Shown piece by piece: positions 47,911 to 57,621 of a stretch of 64,000 nt of DNA. Both the position numbers and the translations under genes were made by a program. The first letter of the stretch is position 1. Every line of letters begins with the position of its first letter. The notes under the pieces were generated by a model that did not search any database, had not been told where the DNA came from, and worked only from the letters and a program-made list of their open reading frames with translations. Source of the DNA: Alphaproteobacteria bacterium (GTDB taxonomy: Bacteria; Pseudomonadota; Alphaproteobacteria; MPNO01; UBA830); NCBI GenBank assembly GCA_965243135.1, contig OZ251539.1, forward strand, positions 4,608,001-4,672,000, written 5' to 3'.

Positions 47911-48926
47911 CCAGAATCGCGGTGGTCGTGTTCAACCTCGGAGGCCCGGACTCGCTCGGAGCGGTTCGTCCATTTCTTAAAAATTTGTTTTCGGATCCGA
48001 TGATCTTGCGCGTGCCCGGCGTTTTGCGCAAGGCGCTGGCAGCTCTGATTTCCCGGCGCCGCGCGCCCGTGGCTCGCGCAAATTACGAAAAAATCGGCGG
48101 TCGTTCGCCCATTCTTTCGGAAACTCGTAAGCAAGCCGTCGCGCTGCAGAACGCCTTGTCGGAAGAAAAGGAAACGTATCGCGTTTTCGTTTCCATGCGT
48201 TATTGGCATCCTTTTGCGGAAGAAACGGTCGCGGAAGTCGCTCGGTGGAAACCCGACCGCGTTTTGCTGCTTCCGCTCTATCCGCAGTTTTCCACCACGA
48301 CGACGGAATCTTTCCTTCGCGTATGGAAGCGGGCTGAGCAAGGAAACGACTTCGATACGCATTTTGTCTGTTGCTGGCCCGATCTCGATGGCTTCGTCCG
48401 TTCCGTCGCGAGCGGCGTCGCAAGCGCCATCGAACGGCTTCCTGCCGGAATTCGGTTTCGAGTGTTGTTCTCCGCGCACGGATTGCCGCAGAAATTCGTC
48501 GATGGCGGAGATCCTTACGAAGCGCAGATTCGCAGAAGCGTGGACGCGGTGGCGAGGAGATTGTCCCTTTGCGGTTCGGATTACGCGATCTGCTATCAGA
48601 GCCGGGTGGGAAGGATGGAGTGGTTGCGACCCTACGCGGAAGACGAGATTCGGCGCGCGGGGGCGGAAGGCGTTGCCCTGGTCGTCGTTCCCATAGCCTT
48701 CGTCAGCGAACATTCGGAAACGCTCGTCGAACTCGATATGGATTATGCCGAACTGGCCGCCTCTTCCGGCGTGCCCAGTTACGAGAGGGTAAGAACCGTC
48801 GGCGACGATCCGAGCTTCATAACGGATCTGGCGGAACTGGTTCGAAGAACCGAATCCAGCGGCCCGGGCGGAAAGGCGTGCGACCCCGCTCTGTCCGAAT
48901 GCCCCTGCCGGGGAAAAGCCGGTTGA
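47907..48926 (+). CDS. hemH: Ferrochelatase
   Basis: NLGGP, MRYWHP, PLYPQFS, FSAHGLP, GDPY, FVSEHSETLVELD. Confidence 0.96.
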   Translation: MTRIAVVVFNLGGPDSLGAVRPFLKNLFSDPMILRVPGVLRKALAALISRRRAPVARANYEKIGGRSPILSETRKQAVALQNALSEEKETYRVFVSMRYWHPFAEETVAEVARWKPDRVLLLPLYPQFSTTTTESFLRVWKRAEQGNDFDTHFVCCWPDLDGFVRSVASGVASAIERLPAGIRFRVLFSAHGLPQKFVDGGDPYEAQIRRSVDAVARRLSLCGSDYAICYQSRVGRMEWLRPYAEDEIRRAGAEGVALVVVPIAFVSEHSETLVELDMDYAELAASSGVPSYERVRTVGDDPSFITDLAELVRRTESSGPGGKACDPALSECPCRGKAG

Positions 48927-49360
48927 CCGATCTGTATTTTTGGCTGAAGGCCTGTCACGTCGTCAGCGTGATCGCTTGGATGGCGGCCCTTCTCTATCTG
49001 CCGAGGCTTTACGCGTACCACGCAGACGCGGAGCCGGGGTCCGCCACGTCGGAAACGTTCAAGACCATGGAGCGCCGATTGCAGAAAGCGATCATGACGC
49101 CGGCCATGCTTGCGAGCGTCGCGTTCGGGGCGGCCTTGGCAGCGCTGCCGGGGGTAGTCGACTGGACCGCCGGATGGGTCTGGCTCAAGGTCGCCGCGCT
49201 TGCGGCCCTTTTTGCGTATCACGGTCTTCTGATGCGCTGGCGCGGGGATTTCGAGAAGGATGCCAATCCGCGCTCCTCGCGGTTTTACCGGATCGTCAAC
49301 GAGGTTCCTGCGGCGCTGATGATCGTGATCGTGGTTTCGGCGGTCGCGAAGCCGTTCTGA
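48923..49360 (+). CDS. hemJ: Protoporphyrinogen oxidase HemJ
   Basis: WLKA.H....IAWMA.LLYLPRL..YH, MERRL, NEVP. Confidence 0.93.
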   Translation: MTDLYFWLKACHVVSVIAWMAALLYLPRLYAYHADAEPGSATSETFKTMERRLQKAIMTPAMLASVAFGAALAALPGVVDWTAGWVWLKVAALAALFAYHGLLMRWRGDFEKDANPRSSRFYRIVNEVPAALMIVIVVSAVAKPF

Positions 49361-49389
49361 AAATCTGTGTACCGTCGCGAAATTCTTGC

Positions 49390-49418
49390 TTGACATGGCA
49401 TCCGAAGATCTCCATATT
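49390..49418 (+). promoter_or_regulatory. Putative sigma70 promoter of rho
   Basis: TTGACA-17 bp-CATATT. Confidence 0.6.
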
Positions 49419-49523
49419 GCGGAGACTAGCCGTCCGGCGAAATCCGCGTAAAGCCGACTTTTCCGCATGTCCGCAGCGCGGACGCGCAGTCTTTGCGTCA
49501 CCCGCAACATTCCAGTCGACGCC

Positions 49524-50780
49524 ATGAATCTTCAAGAACTGAAAAAGAAGACGCCTGCCGACTTGATCGCGTATGCCGAGGAACTCGAAATCGAGAACGC
49601 CTCGAACCTGCGCAAGCAGGACATCATGTTCGCGATCCTCAAGCAGCTTGCCGAAAACGACGTGTCTATCTTCGGCGACGGCGTTCTCGAAATTCTGCAG
49701 GACGGTTTCGGTTTCCTGCGTTCTCCGGAAGCGAACTACCTTCCCGGGCCGGACGACATCTACGTGTCGCCGAATCAGATTCGCCGTTTCGGCCTCCGCA
49801 CCGGCGATACGGTCGAAGGCGAAATAAGGGCGCCCCGAGACGGAGAGCGGTACTTCGCTCTTCTCAAGGTCGGTCAAATCAATTTCGACGGACCCGACAA
49901 GGTTCGCCATCGGATAAACTTCGACAACCTGACGCCTCTCTATCCCGACGAGAAGCTGGGACTCGAGTCGATGAACCCGGCGTCGAAGGACATGACGTCG
50001 CGCATCGTCGATCTGATCGCGCCGCTCGGCAAGGGCCAGCGAGCGCTGATCGTCGCGCCTCCGCGCACCGGCAAGACGATGATGCTGCAGGCCATCGCGG
50101 CCGCGATCACCTCGAACCACCCCGAAGTCTATCTGATCGTGCTGCTGATCGACGAACGTCCGGAGGAAGTCACCGACATGCAGCGTTCGGTCGACGGCGA
50201 AGTGGTCAGTTCGACGTTCGACGAGCCCGCGCTGCGTCACGTGCAGGTTTCCGACATGGTGATCGAGAAGGCGAAGCGCCTCGTGGAGCACAAGCACGAC
50301 GTCGTCATCCTGCTCGATTCGATCACGCGCCTGGCGCGCGCTTACAACACGGTGGTGCCGTCGTCCGGCAAGGTGTTGACCGGCGGCGTCGACGCGAACG
50401 CCCTTCAGCGCCCGAAACGTTTCTTCGGAGCGGCGCGCAATATCGAAGAGGGAGGATCGCTGACCATCATCGGCACCGCGTTGATCGATACGGGCTCGCG
50501 CATGGACGAGGTCATATTCGAAGAGTTCAAGGGCACGGGCAATTCGGAGCTCGTGCTCGACAGGAAGCTGGCCGACAAGCGCACTTTTCCGGCGATGGAC
50601 ATCACGAAATCGGGCACCCGCAAAGAAGAGCTTCTGGTCGACAAGGGAGTGCTCGCCAAGATGTGGGTTCTGCGGCGGATCCTCACTCCGATGGGCGTCG
50701 TCGATTCGATGGAATTTCTGCTCGACAAGCTCAAGGGCACGAAGTCGAACACGGACTTCTTCGAAGCGATGAATCAGTAG
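49524..50780 (+). CDS. rho: Transcription termination factor Rho
   Basis: [43 protein letters not shown]. Confidence 0.99.
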   Translation: MNLQELKKKTPADLIAYAEELEIENASNLRKQDIMFAILKQLAENDVSIFGDGVLEILQDGFGFLRSPEANYLPGPDDIYVSPNQIRRFGLRTGDTVEGEIRAPRDGERYFALLKVGQINFDGPDKVRHRINFDNLTPLYPDEKLGLESMNPASKDMTSRIVDLIAPLGKGQRALIVAPPRTGKTMMLQAIAAAITSNHPEVYLIVLLIDERPEEVTDMQRSVDGEVVSSTFDEPALRHVQVSDMVIEKAKRLVEHKHDVVILLDSITRLARAYNTVVPSSGKVLTGGVDANALQRPKRFFGAARNIEEGGSLTIIGTALIDTGSRMDEVIFEEFKGTGNSELVLDRKLADKRTFPAMDITKSGTRKEELLVDKGVLAKMWVLRRILTPMGVVDSMEFLLDKLKGTKSNTDFFEAMNQ

Positions 50781-50812
50781 GTTCCGCGCCGGCGGCGCGA
50801 AATTCGGTCCGC

Positions 50813-51787
50813 TTACGGCTCCAGCACGATGGATCCCATGGTTTTGCGGTTGGCGAGGTCGCGATGGGCGCGCGACGCCTCCCGAAGCGAATATTTGTGA
50901 TTCACCTGGACTTTCACGACGCCCGCCTTGATGACCTTCATGACGTCGCCGGCCATTCTCTTTAGATCTTCGGGCGTTTTCGCGAAGTCGAAGAGCGTCG
51001 GCCGGGTCATCATCAACGATCCCTTTTGCGACAGGATGGCCGGCTCCATCGGAGGAATGGGTCCGGACGCATTGCCAAACGTCACGAAGAGGCCCCGCGG
51101 CCGCAGACAGTCGAGGGAAGCCGGCCAGGTCGCCTTGCCTATGGAGTCGTACACCACGGGAAGCATCTCGCCCTTGGTGATTTTTCTTATCCGGTCGACG
51201 AAATTCTCGCGGGTGTAGATGATCGGGTAGTCGCAGCCGTGCGCTTTCGCGAGGCGCGCTTTCGCCGGCGAACTGACGGTGCCGATCACCGTAGCGCCGA
51301 GATGTTTGGCCCATTGGCAAAGGATCAGTCCGACTCCGCCGGCGGCGGCGTGGATCAAGATCGTGTCGCCCTTGCCGACCTTGTAGACTTGCCGGATCAG
51401 ATACTGGACGGTCATGCCTTGCAGCATCATCGACGCCGCGACGTCGTCGGAGATTTCGCGCGGAACCTTGACCAGTTTGGCGGCCGGCATGTTCAGCACC
51501 TCCGCGTAACATCCCTTGCCGGCGGTGCCGGTCGCGACCCGGTCGCCGATGCGGAAGCCGGTAACGCCGGATCCGATCGCTTCGATTTCGCCGCACATCT
51601 CTCCGCCGGGCGTGAAGGGAGTCGGCATCGGATAGAGCCCCGAGCGCTGGTAGATGTCGATAAAGTTGACGCCTATGGCGCGGGTGCGCACCGTAACTTC
51701 GTCGTTTTTGGGTCGTCCGATCTCGATTTCCCGCCATTTCATGGCGGAGGGAGGCCCTGGCTGTTCGACGAGAATTGATTTCGGCAT
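50813..51787 (-). CDS. qor: NADPH:quinone oxidoreductase (zeta-crystallin family)
   Basis: GVNFIDIY.RSG.Y, HAAAGGVG, FGNASG, KGSL..TRP. Confidence 0.92.
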   Translation of the reverse strand: MPKSILVEQPGPPSAMKWREIEIGRPKNDEVTVRTRAIGVNFIDIYQRSGLYPMPTPFTPGGEMCGEIEAIGSGVTGFRIGDRVATGTAGKGCYAEVLNMPAAKLVKVPREISDDVAASMMLQGMTVQYLIRQVYKVGKGDTILIHAAAGGVGLILCQWAKHLGATVIGTVSSPAKARLAKAHGCDYPIIYTRENFVDRIRKITKGEMLPVVYDSIGKATWPASLDCLRPRGLFVTFGNASGPIPPMEPAILSQKGSLMMTRPTLFDFAKTPEDLKRMAGDVMKVIKAGVVKVQVNHKYSLREASRAHRDLANRKTMGSIVLEP

Positions 51788-51814
51788 GAGAAGTACCCTT
51801 TCTGGACTTGATCT

Positions 51815-52519
51815 TCAGGCAAGACGCGTGCGGAAAAGTTCCGAGGTGCGCGCATTGGCTTTCGCCGCCGCCGCTTCGTCGTAGTTCGCGCCGCCGGTTC
51901 TGGCGAACGCGTGATCGACGTCCGGGTAGGAATAAACCGTCACGAGTTCGTTCTTTCCGAGCTCCCGGCCGATCTTTTCCTGCGCTTCGGGCGGGCAGAA
52001 GTGGTCCTTTTCGGCGATATGCAGGATCAGGGGGTTGCGAATGCCCGAGGCGGCATCGAGCGAATTCTCGATCTGAACCGGGTAATAGCCGGACGCGGCA
52101 TCCACGTCCGTATGGCAAGCCGAAGCGTAGGCGAGACTGCCGCCGAGGCAGTATCCGACCGCGCCGACCTTGCCGGCGCAGCTTTGATGGGAGCGAACGG
52201 CCGAGACCGTCGCCTGGATATCGGCGACTCCTTGTTCGAACATAGGCAAAAAGGCGTTCATCAGTTCGAACGCCCGATCCCACTCCGCTTGCGTGCCGTC
52301 GGTCAGTTCGACCCCCGGTTCGATGCGCCAGAAAAGATCGGGACACGCGGCGACGTAGCCTTCGGCGGCCAAGCCGTCGCAGACTTCGCGCATGAAGCCG
52401 TTGACGCCGAAGATTTCCTGAAGGACTACGACGCCGGGGCCGGATCCGGATTCCGGCACTGCGCAGTAGGCGGAAAATTCGCCGCTGCCGTCCGTCGCGG
52501 GAATGGTCAGCTTGGACAT
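51815..52519 (-). CDS. Dienelactone hydrolase family protein
   Basis: QEIFGVN, PDLFWR, GYCLGG, HAF; RBS AAAGGA. Confidence 0.92.
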   Translation of the reverse strand: MSKLTIPATDGSGEFSAYCAVPESGSGPGVVVLQEIFGVNGFMREVCDGLAAEGYVAACPDLFWRIEPGVELTDGTQAEWDRAFELMNAFLPMFEQGVADIQATVSAVRSHQSCAGKVGAVGYCLGGSLAYASACHTDVDAASGYYPVQIENSLDAASGIRNPLILHIAEKDHFCPPEAQEKIGRELGKNELVTVYSYPDVDHAFARTGGANYDEAAAAKANARTSELFRTRLA

Positions 52520-52624
52520 GTCGTTTTCCTTTCTGTCTTCGACTCCGTTTCGCCAGCGGAGGGATGCGGAAGAAAAGGTCGACCGCTCGCCTCGATGCCA
52601 CCGTCGGCGAACAACCACCGCGTC

Positions 52625-52653
52625 ACGATAGCGGCTAGGTTGAAAAACGTCAA
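52625..52653 (-). promoter_or_regulatory. Putative sigma70 promoter for the DLH-qor genes
   Basis: Minus strand TTGACG-17 bp-TATCGT. Confidence 0.5.
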
Positions 52654-53203
52654 GAACGGTGCGCAAGGGGCCCCACGACGTTTCGCTTTCCGGGGCCGCC
52701 GAGCGCCATTGCCGCGAATTGAGAATTTTTCGTGGCGAGGCACTCTCCGGCAGTCAGGGAGCAAGAGGCCGAGGGCCTCCTCTCCTCAGAGATGACGAGA
52801 CGGGTCAGGCGCACCGCTCGGATCCGCGCCAGCTCGGCAAGACAGCGGACCACGAGGCCCGTTGCGCGAGCGCCATCACCGCTCCTTTCTGATGCGCGGC
52901 GCCGGTCGAGAGGGACAGCGGCAGCCTCGCCGTGGCGCTTGGAGGCGCCGGGCAGGCCGCCTCCGAAAGCCAACCCCGGAGCGCGACCGCGAACCGCGGC
53001 CGGAAGAGCGTCTGAATCCCGGCATTGGTTCCGTCGAACGAGAACGTTCCGCTTGATGCGCTCGCCCGGTTCGAACGAAGCGGCCTCCCGCCTCTTCGGA
53101 GAACGATTCTCGGGGCGGAAATTTCCTCCGAAGCCGTGGCCAACGATTTGCCGAATCGGCTCGCGAAGGCGAAATTCGGCGCAAAAAATACGGAAAGTCG
53201 CCG

Positions 53204-53674
53204 TCAAGGGCGGCGTTGGACAGCCTTGACGCGGGAGCCTTCCAAGCCAAGCAGAAAGGACTTGGTGGAGAGGCCTCCCTTTCCCGAGTACCCGCCGCCC
53301 TTGCCGTCGGCGCCCACCACCCTGTGGCAGGGCACGATGATCGGAAGCGGATTCGCGCGGCAGGCGCCGCCGACAGGACGCGCCGCCGTCTCCAGGCGCC
53401 GCGCAAGCGATCCATAGGTCGCCGTTTCGCCGTAGGGGATTTCCGCCATGGCTGCCCAGACCCGTTTCCGGAACGGACTGCCGACCGGATCGAGCGGCAA
53501 ACCGAACTCGGTCAGCGCGCCGTTGAAATAAGCTTCGAGCTGGCGCGCCGCTTCGCGAAGGAGCGGGGTCGCCGCGCCGCGGGACGCGCAATCCCATCCG
53601 ATGCGGACGATAGCGCCGTCCCGTTCCTCGACGGTCAACGCTCCGACAGGCGATGCAAGCGCAAGGCAAGGCAT
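53204..53674 (-). CDS. ogt: Methylated-DNA-protein-cysteine methyltransferase
   Basis: IPYGETATYG, ARPVGGAC.ANP.PIIVPCHRV. Confidence 0.93.
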   Translation of the reverse strand: MPCLALASPVGALTVEERDGAIVRIGWDCASRGAATPLLREAARQLEAYFNGALTEFGLPLDPVGSPFRKRVWAAMAEIPYGETATYGSLARRLETAARPVGGACRANPLPIIVPCHRVVGADGKGGGYSGKGGLSTKSFLLGLEGSRVKAVQRRP

Positions 53675-53776
53675 GCCGCATTGTAATGCGCCGCCGGTTC
53701 GGCCGCACGATCCTGCGGCGACCGTTGCGCCGTTGGTTCCGATGGTGCAGGATCGCCGGGCTCGGGGGAGGCGCCG

Positions 53777-54595
53777 ATGGGAATCCGCGTGACGGAAGAG
53801 GAAACTCGCAAGTTTCATGAGGAAGGCGTCGTGCGGCTGCAGGGCGTCGTCGACGGCGAATGGCTCGACGTTCTGGCTGCAGGCTTCGAGGAAGCGGTCG
53901 CGTCGCCGAGCCCCCACGCCAAGAACTATTCGCCCGAAGGCGCTCCCCGCTATTTTACCGATCACCGGCTGTTCAACAGGTTCGGCGCGTTCCGGGAGTT
54001 TCTGTTCGAGGGACCTCTGGCGGAGATCGCCGCCGAAATCCTCGGGGCGTCGCGCATAGATCTCTACGACGAGCATCTCCTGATCAAGGAACCCGGGTCG
54101 CCGACGCCCACCTACTGGCATCACGACATGCCGTATTTTTCCATAGACGGTTACGATCTGGCGAGCGTCTGGTTTTCGCTGGATCCGGTCACCGAGGAGA
54201 CGGGCGCCCTGCGTTTCGCTCTGGGTTCTCACAAGTGGGGAAAACTCTACCGGCCGGTGAAGATCGGCCTCAACGAACCTGTCGAGACTTTCGACAGGGA
54301 CGATCTGGTGGAGGAGGTGCCCGACATCGACGGCAATCCCGGCGAGTATCCGACGGCGCTGATGGAAACCGACCCGGGCGACATCGTCGTTTTTCACGGA
54401 TGCGCGCTGCACGCTTCGGGACCCAACGCGCGCCCCGACGTGAGCCGGCGGGCGCTTTCCTATCGTTTTGCGGGAGACGATATTCGTTGGAGGAACCGGT
54501 CGGACAAGCCGCTGATATTCGACAGTTGTCTCGAGGATGGCGATCCGCTCAGCCTGATCGCGGATCAATGCCCGCGCGTATGGCCGAGAGCCTGA
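53777..54595 (+). CDS. Phytanoyl-CoA dioxygenase (PhyH) family Fe(II)/2OG enzyme
   Basis: KEPG...TYWHHD, GSHKWG, PGD...FH...LH, RRA.S. Confidence 0.9.
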   Translation: MGIRVTEEETRKFHEEGVVRLQGVVDGEWLDVLAAGFEEAVASPSPHAKNYSPEGAPRYFTDHRLFNRFGAFREFLFEGPLAEIAAEILGASRIDLYDEHLLIKEPGSPTPTYWHHDMPYFSIDGYDLASVWFSLDPVTEETGALRFALGSHKWGKLYRPVKIGLNEPVETFDRDDLVEEVPDIDGNPGEYPTALMETDPGDIVVFHGCALHASGPNARPDVSRRALSYRFAGDDIRWRNRSDKPLIFDSCLEDGDPLSLIADQCPRVWPRA

Positions 54596-54807
54596 AACGC
54601 CCGCTGCGCGAAATCCGCGGAGAAACGCCCGCGAATCCCCGTCCCGGGAAATTCGAGCTGCCGTCGGAAGGAGAGGCGAAGACGGCTCGGAATTTCGCCG
54701 ATTTCCGTCGGGAGCGAGACGAGGTCCTGCGGCGACGTTGCGATAAAAGCGTGCGGCCTGGAACCTCCCGAACCCCCGGACGGGCGTCGATTCTCGCTCG
54801 CCGGGCG

Positions 54808-56298
54808 ATGGAACGACGCCACGGGATCCTGCGGGCCTTCGGGAAATTTTCGGGCCGGCGGGCAAGGGGAGTTCTTCTGGCCGCCGCGTTGTCCCTGGGA
54901 GTTTCCGGAAGCGTTGGTTGGGCTGCGGAAGGCAAGACCGGAAGAGGGTTCGGCGAGGGCGGGGGAACGGCTTCCGATTCGCGCGCGGCATCGTCCGAGG
55001 GACCGGCGGAACGCTACCTCGAAGCCGTATCGGCGTATCTGACGCAATTTTCAGGCCGGGTGTTGGGCGGCCTTTCCATGACCGGTTCGGTCACGGCCGC
55101 GAATCTCGGAGACGCGGTGGAAATCCTTTTCCCGGGCGTCGCGGTCGGCGGCGGTCGAATCCGGCTGGGCGACGTCGCGGCTCGCCCGAGGCCGTTGGAG
55201 GAACCTCTGTACGATGTCGATTTTTCATGGGACGGACGAGCGGGGATTTACGCGAACGGCGTCAGAACCGGTGCCATCGGCGTTGCCGATCCCCGGCTGA
55301 AGGGACGGTGGGATTCCGAGCTGAAGGCCCTCGTCCGGTTCGATGTCGAAACCGGACCGATCGTCTGGACGAAGGGAGCCGAAAGAGTCCTTTCGGCCAA
55401 GGCGTCGAGCGCGAACCGCAGGCTTCTCCCGAACGGGAAGGGAGGATGGGAAGAAGATTCGATCTTGCGCGTGACCGGCCTGGACCTGGGCGGACGGGAA
55501 GGAAACGGATACGCGAGAATAGGAGACGGAAGGATCGAACTCCGTCGAACGAGTTTCGATCCCGCGGCATGGTTGTTCTTTCCGGATGTCTTCGGGGTCT
55601 CGCGCGCGAGCGGCAAGACGAACGAAGCCGTCGCGGCGCTGGCCAGGGAACCGGAAACGGCCGGAGAAAGCCATGGCGAGATGCGGTTCGCCGACATCGA
55701 GATCGCGAACGACGACGGGATGCGGCTCGCGCTCGGGGAGTTGGCGCTCCGCGTGGATTACAAGGAAAATACGGGAAGCTTTTTCGTCGATATCGGCGCC
55801 CCGCGCGTGCCGGGAACGCCGTTTCGTTTCCTGCCGGAACGCGTTGCCGCGGAGGTCGAAGTCCTCGGATTTCCGTTGAAAAGGCTCTTCGCGGAGATGG
55901 GCGACGAGCGGTTTTGGAGAGCCCATGGCGAGGATGCGCTTGTCGAAGCGGGACGCCGGTTTTGGTCCCGCGCGGGACGGGATTCGGAATTCCGCATTTC
56001 CGGATTCAAGGTTGGACTTCCGCCCGCGGAAGCGAACGCGCATGGAACGTTGCGGCCGGACGGCGCGGGCTGGGTCGTCGGCGAGCTCCGCGTCCGAATA
56101 ACCGGCCTGGACGAATACCTCGGAGCGCTGCCGAAGTCCGAGTCGCCTGCGGCCATGATGGTTGTCGCGCCCCTCAAGGGTCTGGGCCGGCCGGTCGCCG
56201 GGAAAGATGGACGCATCGCTTATGCGTACGATATCGACTTTTCTCCCGGCGGACTGATCTCCGTCAACGGAATGCCGCTGGCTCCTCTGGCCGAATAG
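54808..56298 (+). CDS. Exported hypothetical protein (DUF2125/YdgA-like C-terminus)
   Basis: Signal-like hydrophobic stretch; C-terminal G.L...ITGLD, Y..D....G.ISVNG.PL; start uncertain. Confidence 0.6.
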   Translation: MERRHGILRAFGKFSGRRARGVLLAAALSLGVSGSVGWAAEGKTGRGFGEGGGTASDSRAASSEGPAERYLEAVSAYLTQFSGRVLGGLSMTGSVTAANLGDAVEILFPGVAVGGGRIRLGDVAARPRPLEEPLYDVDFSWDGRAGIYANGVRTGAIGVADPRLKGRWDSELKALVRFDVETGPIVWTKGAERVLSAKASSANRRLLPNGKGGWEEDSILRVTGLDLGGREGNGYARIGDGRIELRRTSFDPAAWLFFPDVFGVSRASGKTNEAVAALAREPETAGESHGEMRFADIEIANDDGMRLALGELALRVDYKENTGSFFVDIGAPRVPGTPFRFLPERVAAEVEVLGFPLKRLFAEMGDERFWRAHGEDALVEAGRRFWSRAGRDSEFRISGFKVGLPPAEANAHGTLRPDGAGWVVGELRVRITGLDEYLGALPKSESPAAMMVVAPLKGLGRPVAGKDGRIAYAYDIDFSPGGLISVNGMPLAPLAE

Positions 56299-56385
56299 TC
56301 GCTTTCGGAACCTGCGACCGTCGGCGCGCTTCCGCGGCCTTCGCGCCGGCAGTGGCGAACTTGCGCGGCGGCGGAAAAATCCCGC

Positions 56386-56414
56386 TTGATCTCCATCGTC
56401 GGGCGTTCTATTCT
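56386..56414 (+). promoter_or_regulatory. Putative sigma70 promoter of the tRNA gene
   Basis: TTGATC-17 bp-TATTCT, 12 bp before the tRNA. Confidence 0.55.
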
Positions 56415-56426
56415 TCCCTCGTAAGC

Positions 56427-56502
56427 GTCCCCTTCGTCTAGCGGCCTAGGACATCGGCCTCTCACGCCGAAAACAGGGGTTCGAGTCCCCTAGGGGACGC
56501 CA
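56427..56502 (+). tRNA. tRNA-Glu (anticodon CTC)
   Basis: Acceptor stem GTCCCCT/AGGGGAC, anticodon arm TCGGC-CTCTCAC-GCCGA, T arm AGGGG-TTCGAGT-CCCCT, encoded CCA; 76 nt. Confidence 0.97.
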
Positions 56503-56536
56503 ATCCGGCGTTCGAACGATTCGACGGCCCGCCGGG

Positions 56537-56552
56537 GCAGGGGGCCCCCTGC
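56537..56552. terminator. GC-rich palindrome between the tRNA and the convergent gene
   Basis: GCAGGGGGCCCCCTGC, a perfect 16-bp palindrome. Confidence 0.4.
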
Positions 56553-56558
56553 GGACTC

Positions 56559-57611
56559 TCAGTAGCTGATGGCCGGATTGTCGCCGGGGCAGATGGCGCC
56601 GACGACGAGCATGCCGTCCTCGCCGAACGCCTCGAGGGAATGGGATTGCTTGCGCGGCAGGAAGATCGCGTCGCCCGCCGCGACGGGCGCCCTCAGATTC
56701 TCGGTCCACATGCGCCCCCGTCCGCTCAGGACGATCAGCGATTCCTCGTAGAGGTGCCGGTGCGGCTCCGCCCTGGATCGCGGGATGTGGCCGATGAACT
56801 GCGCGACTGTCTCCGAACCCGCCGCCTTGTCGACGAGCATCTGGAAGTAACGGTTCGCCATGCCGTGCCGCTGCGACGGATCGAGAGGCACGACGCGTTC
56901 GCGATACGCTTCGTCGAAGCCGGCCGGCATGGCGTCGGCGAATTCCGGAGCCGCCGTTCTTGGGCAGACCGTGACCTGGAACCTGACCTCGCGGCCGTCG
57001 GCGTTCGAGACGCGGAAAGCCTCTCCCGCCCTGACGCAAACGCCCGAATGGCGCGCCGCGAGGAAGCGTCGGCCCGAGATCTCGATGTCGAGTTCTCCCT
57101 CGAAGACGAACAGCACGGCGGCCCTGTCGCCAAAGGAAACCACCGGGGAAACGCCCTCCGCCGCCTCGAAATCGAACAGCGATTGATGGATCGAACCGTA
57201 TTCCGGCCCGATCAGGGCGCGGTAATTCAGGGATCCCGCCGAGGTTTTCGGCGCCGCGCCGGGCGAAACGACGTAGCACCCTCCGTTCAGGATCGTTCGT
57301 CCGTCTCCTTGGGGAAACGCGTCCTCGGCTTCGCGATCTTCCGCGCCGCCGGCCTCCGGCAATCCATTGTGCGAGCCGTCGCAGAACGGCGGGGTTTCCG
57401 TGCGCTTGCAACCGCAGAAGACGACCTCCTCTTCTTTGGCGCCGGCCCCGTAGCGAACCGGGCGAAACCCGGTGCCGGCGTGAGAGCCGTCGCAGAACGG
57501 CTGGACGCCGCTGCGTCCGCAACTGCACCATGCGTAGACGCGGCCTCGTTCGAGTTCGGCGTAGTAGCCCTTGCCGCGGGCGATCCGCGGAGGTTCGACG
57601 GCGTTCGGCAT
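56559..57611 (-). CDS. Fusion protein: two CDGSH 2Fe-2S motifs plus a tandem cupin region
   Basis: WCSCGRS..QPFCDGSH and FCGCKRT..PPFCDGSH; C-terminal cupin PHRHLYEE...GDAIFLP...HSL; RBS AGGAG. Confidence 0.85.
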   Translation of the reverse strand: MPNAVEPPRIARGKGYYAELERGRVYAWCSCGRSGVQPFCDGSHAGTGFRPVRYGAGAKEEEVVFCGCKRTETPPFCDGSHNGLPEAGGAEDREAEDAFPQGDGRTILNGGCYVVSPGAAPKTSAGSLNYRALIGPEYGSIHQSLFDFEAAEGVSPVVSFGDRAAVLFVFEGELDIEISGRRFLAARHSGVCVRAGEAFRVSNADGREVRFQVTVCPRTAAPEFADAMPAGFDEAYRERVVPLDPSQRHGMANRYFQMLVDKAAGSETVAQFIGHIPRSRAEPHRHLYEESLIVLSGRGRMWTENLRAPVAAGDAIFLPRKQSHSLEAFGEDGMLVVGAICPGDNPAISY

Positions 57612-57621
57612 TCTCTCCTTC

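Noticed and set aside
4225-52519. Two dienelactone hydrolases as evidence of a chlorocatechol pathway
   Set aside because: The family is ubiquitous, and no catechol dioxygenase or cycloisomerase is adjacent to either copy
52654-53200. tmRNA, RNase P, SRP or a known riboswitch
   Set aside because: No ANDN-type tag, GAGGAAAGUCC, SRP loop, or TPP/cobalamin/glycine/FMN consensus was recognised
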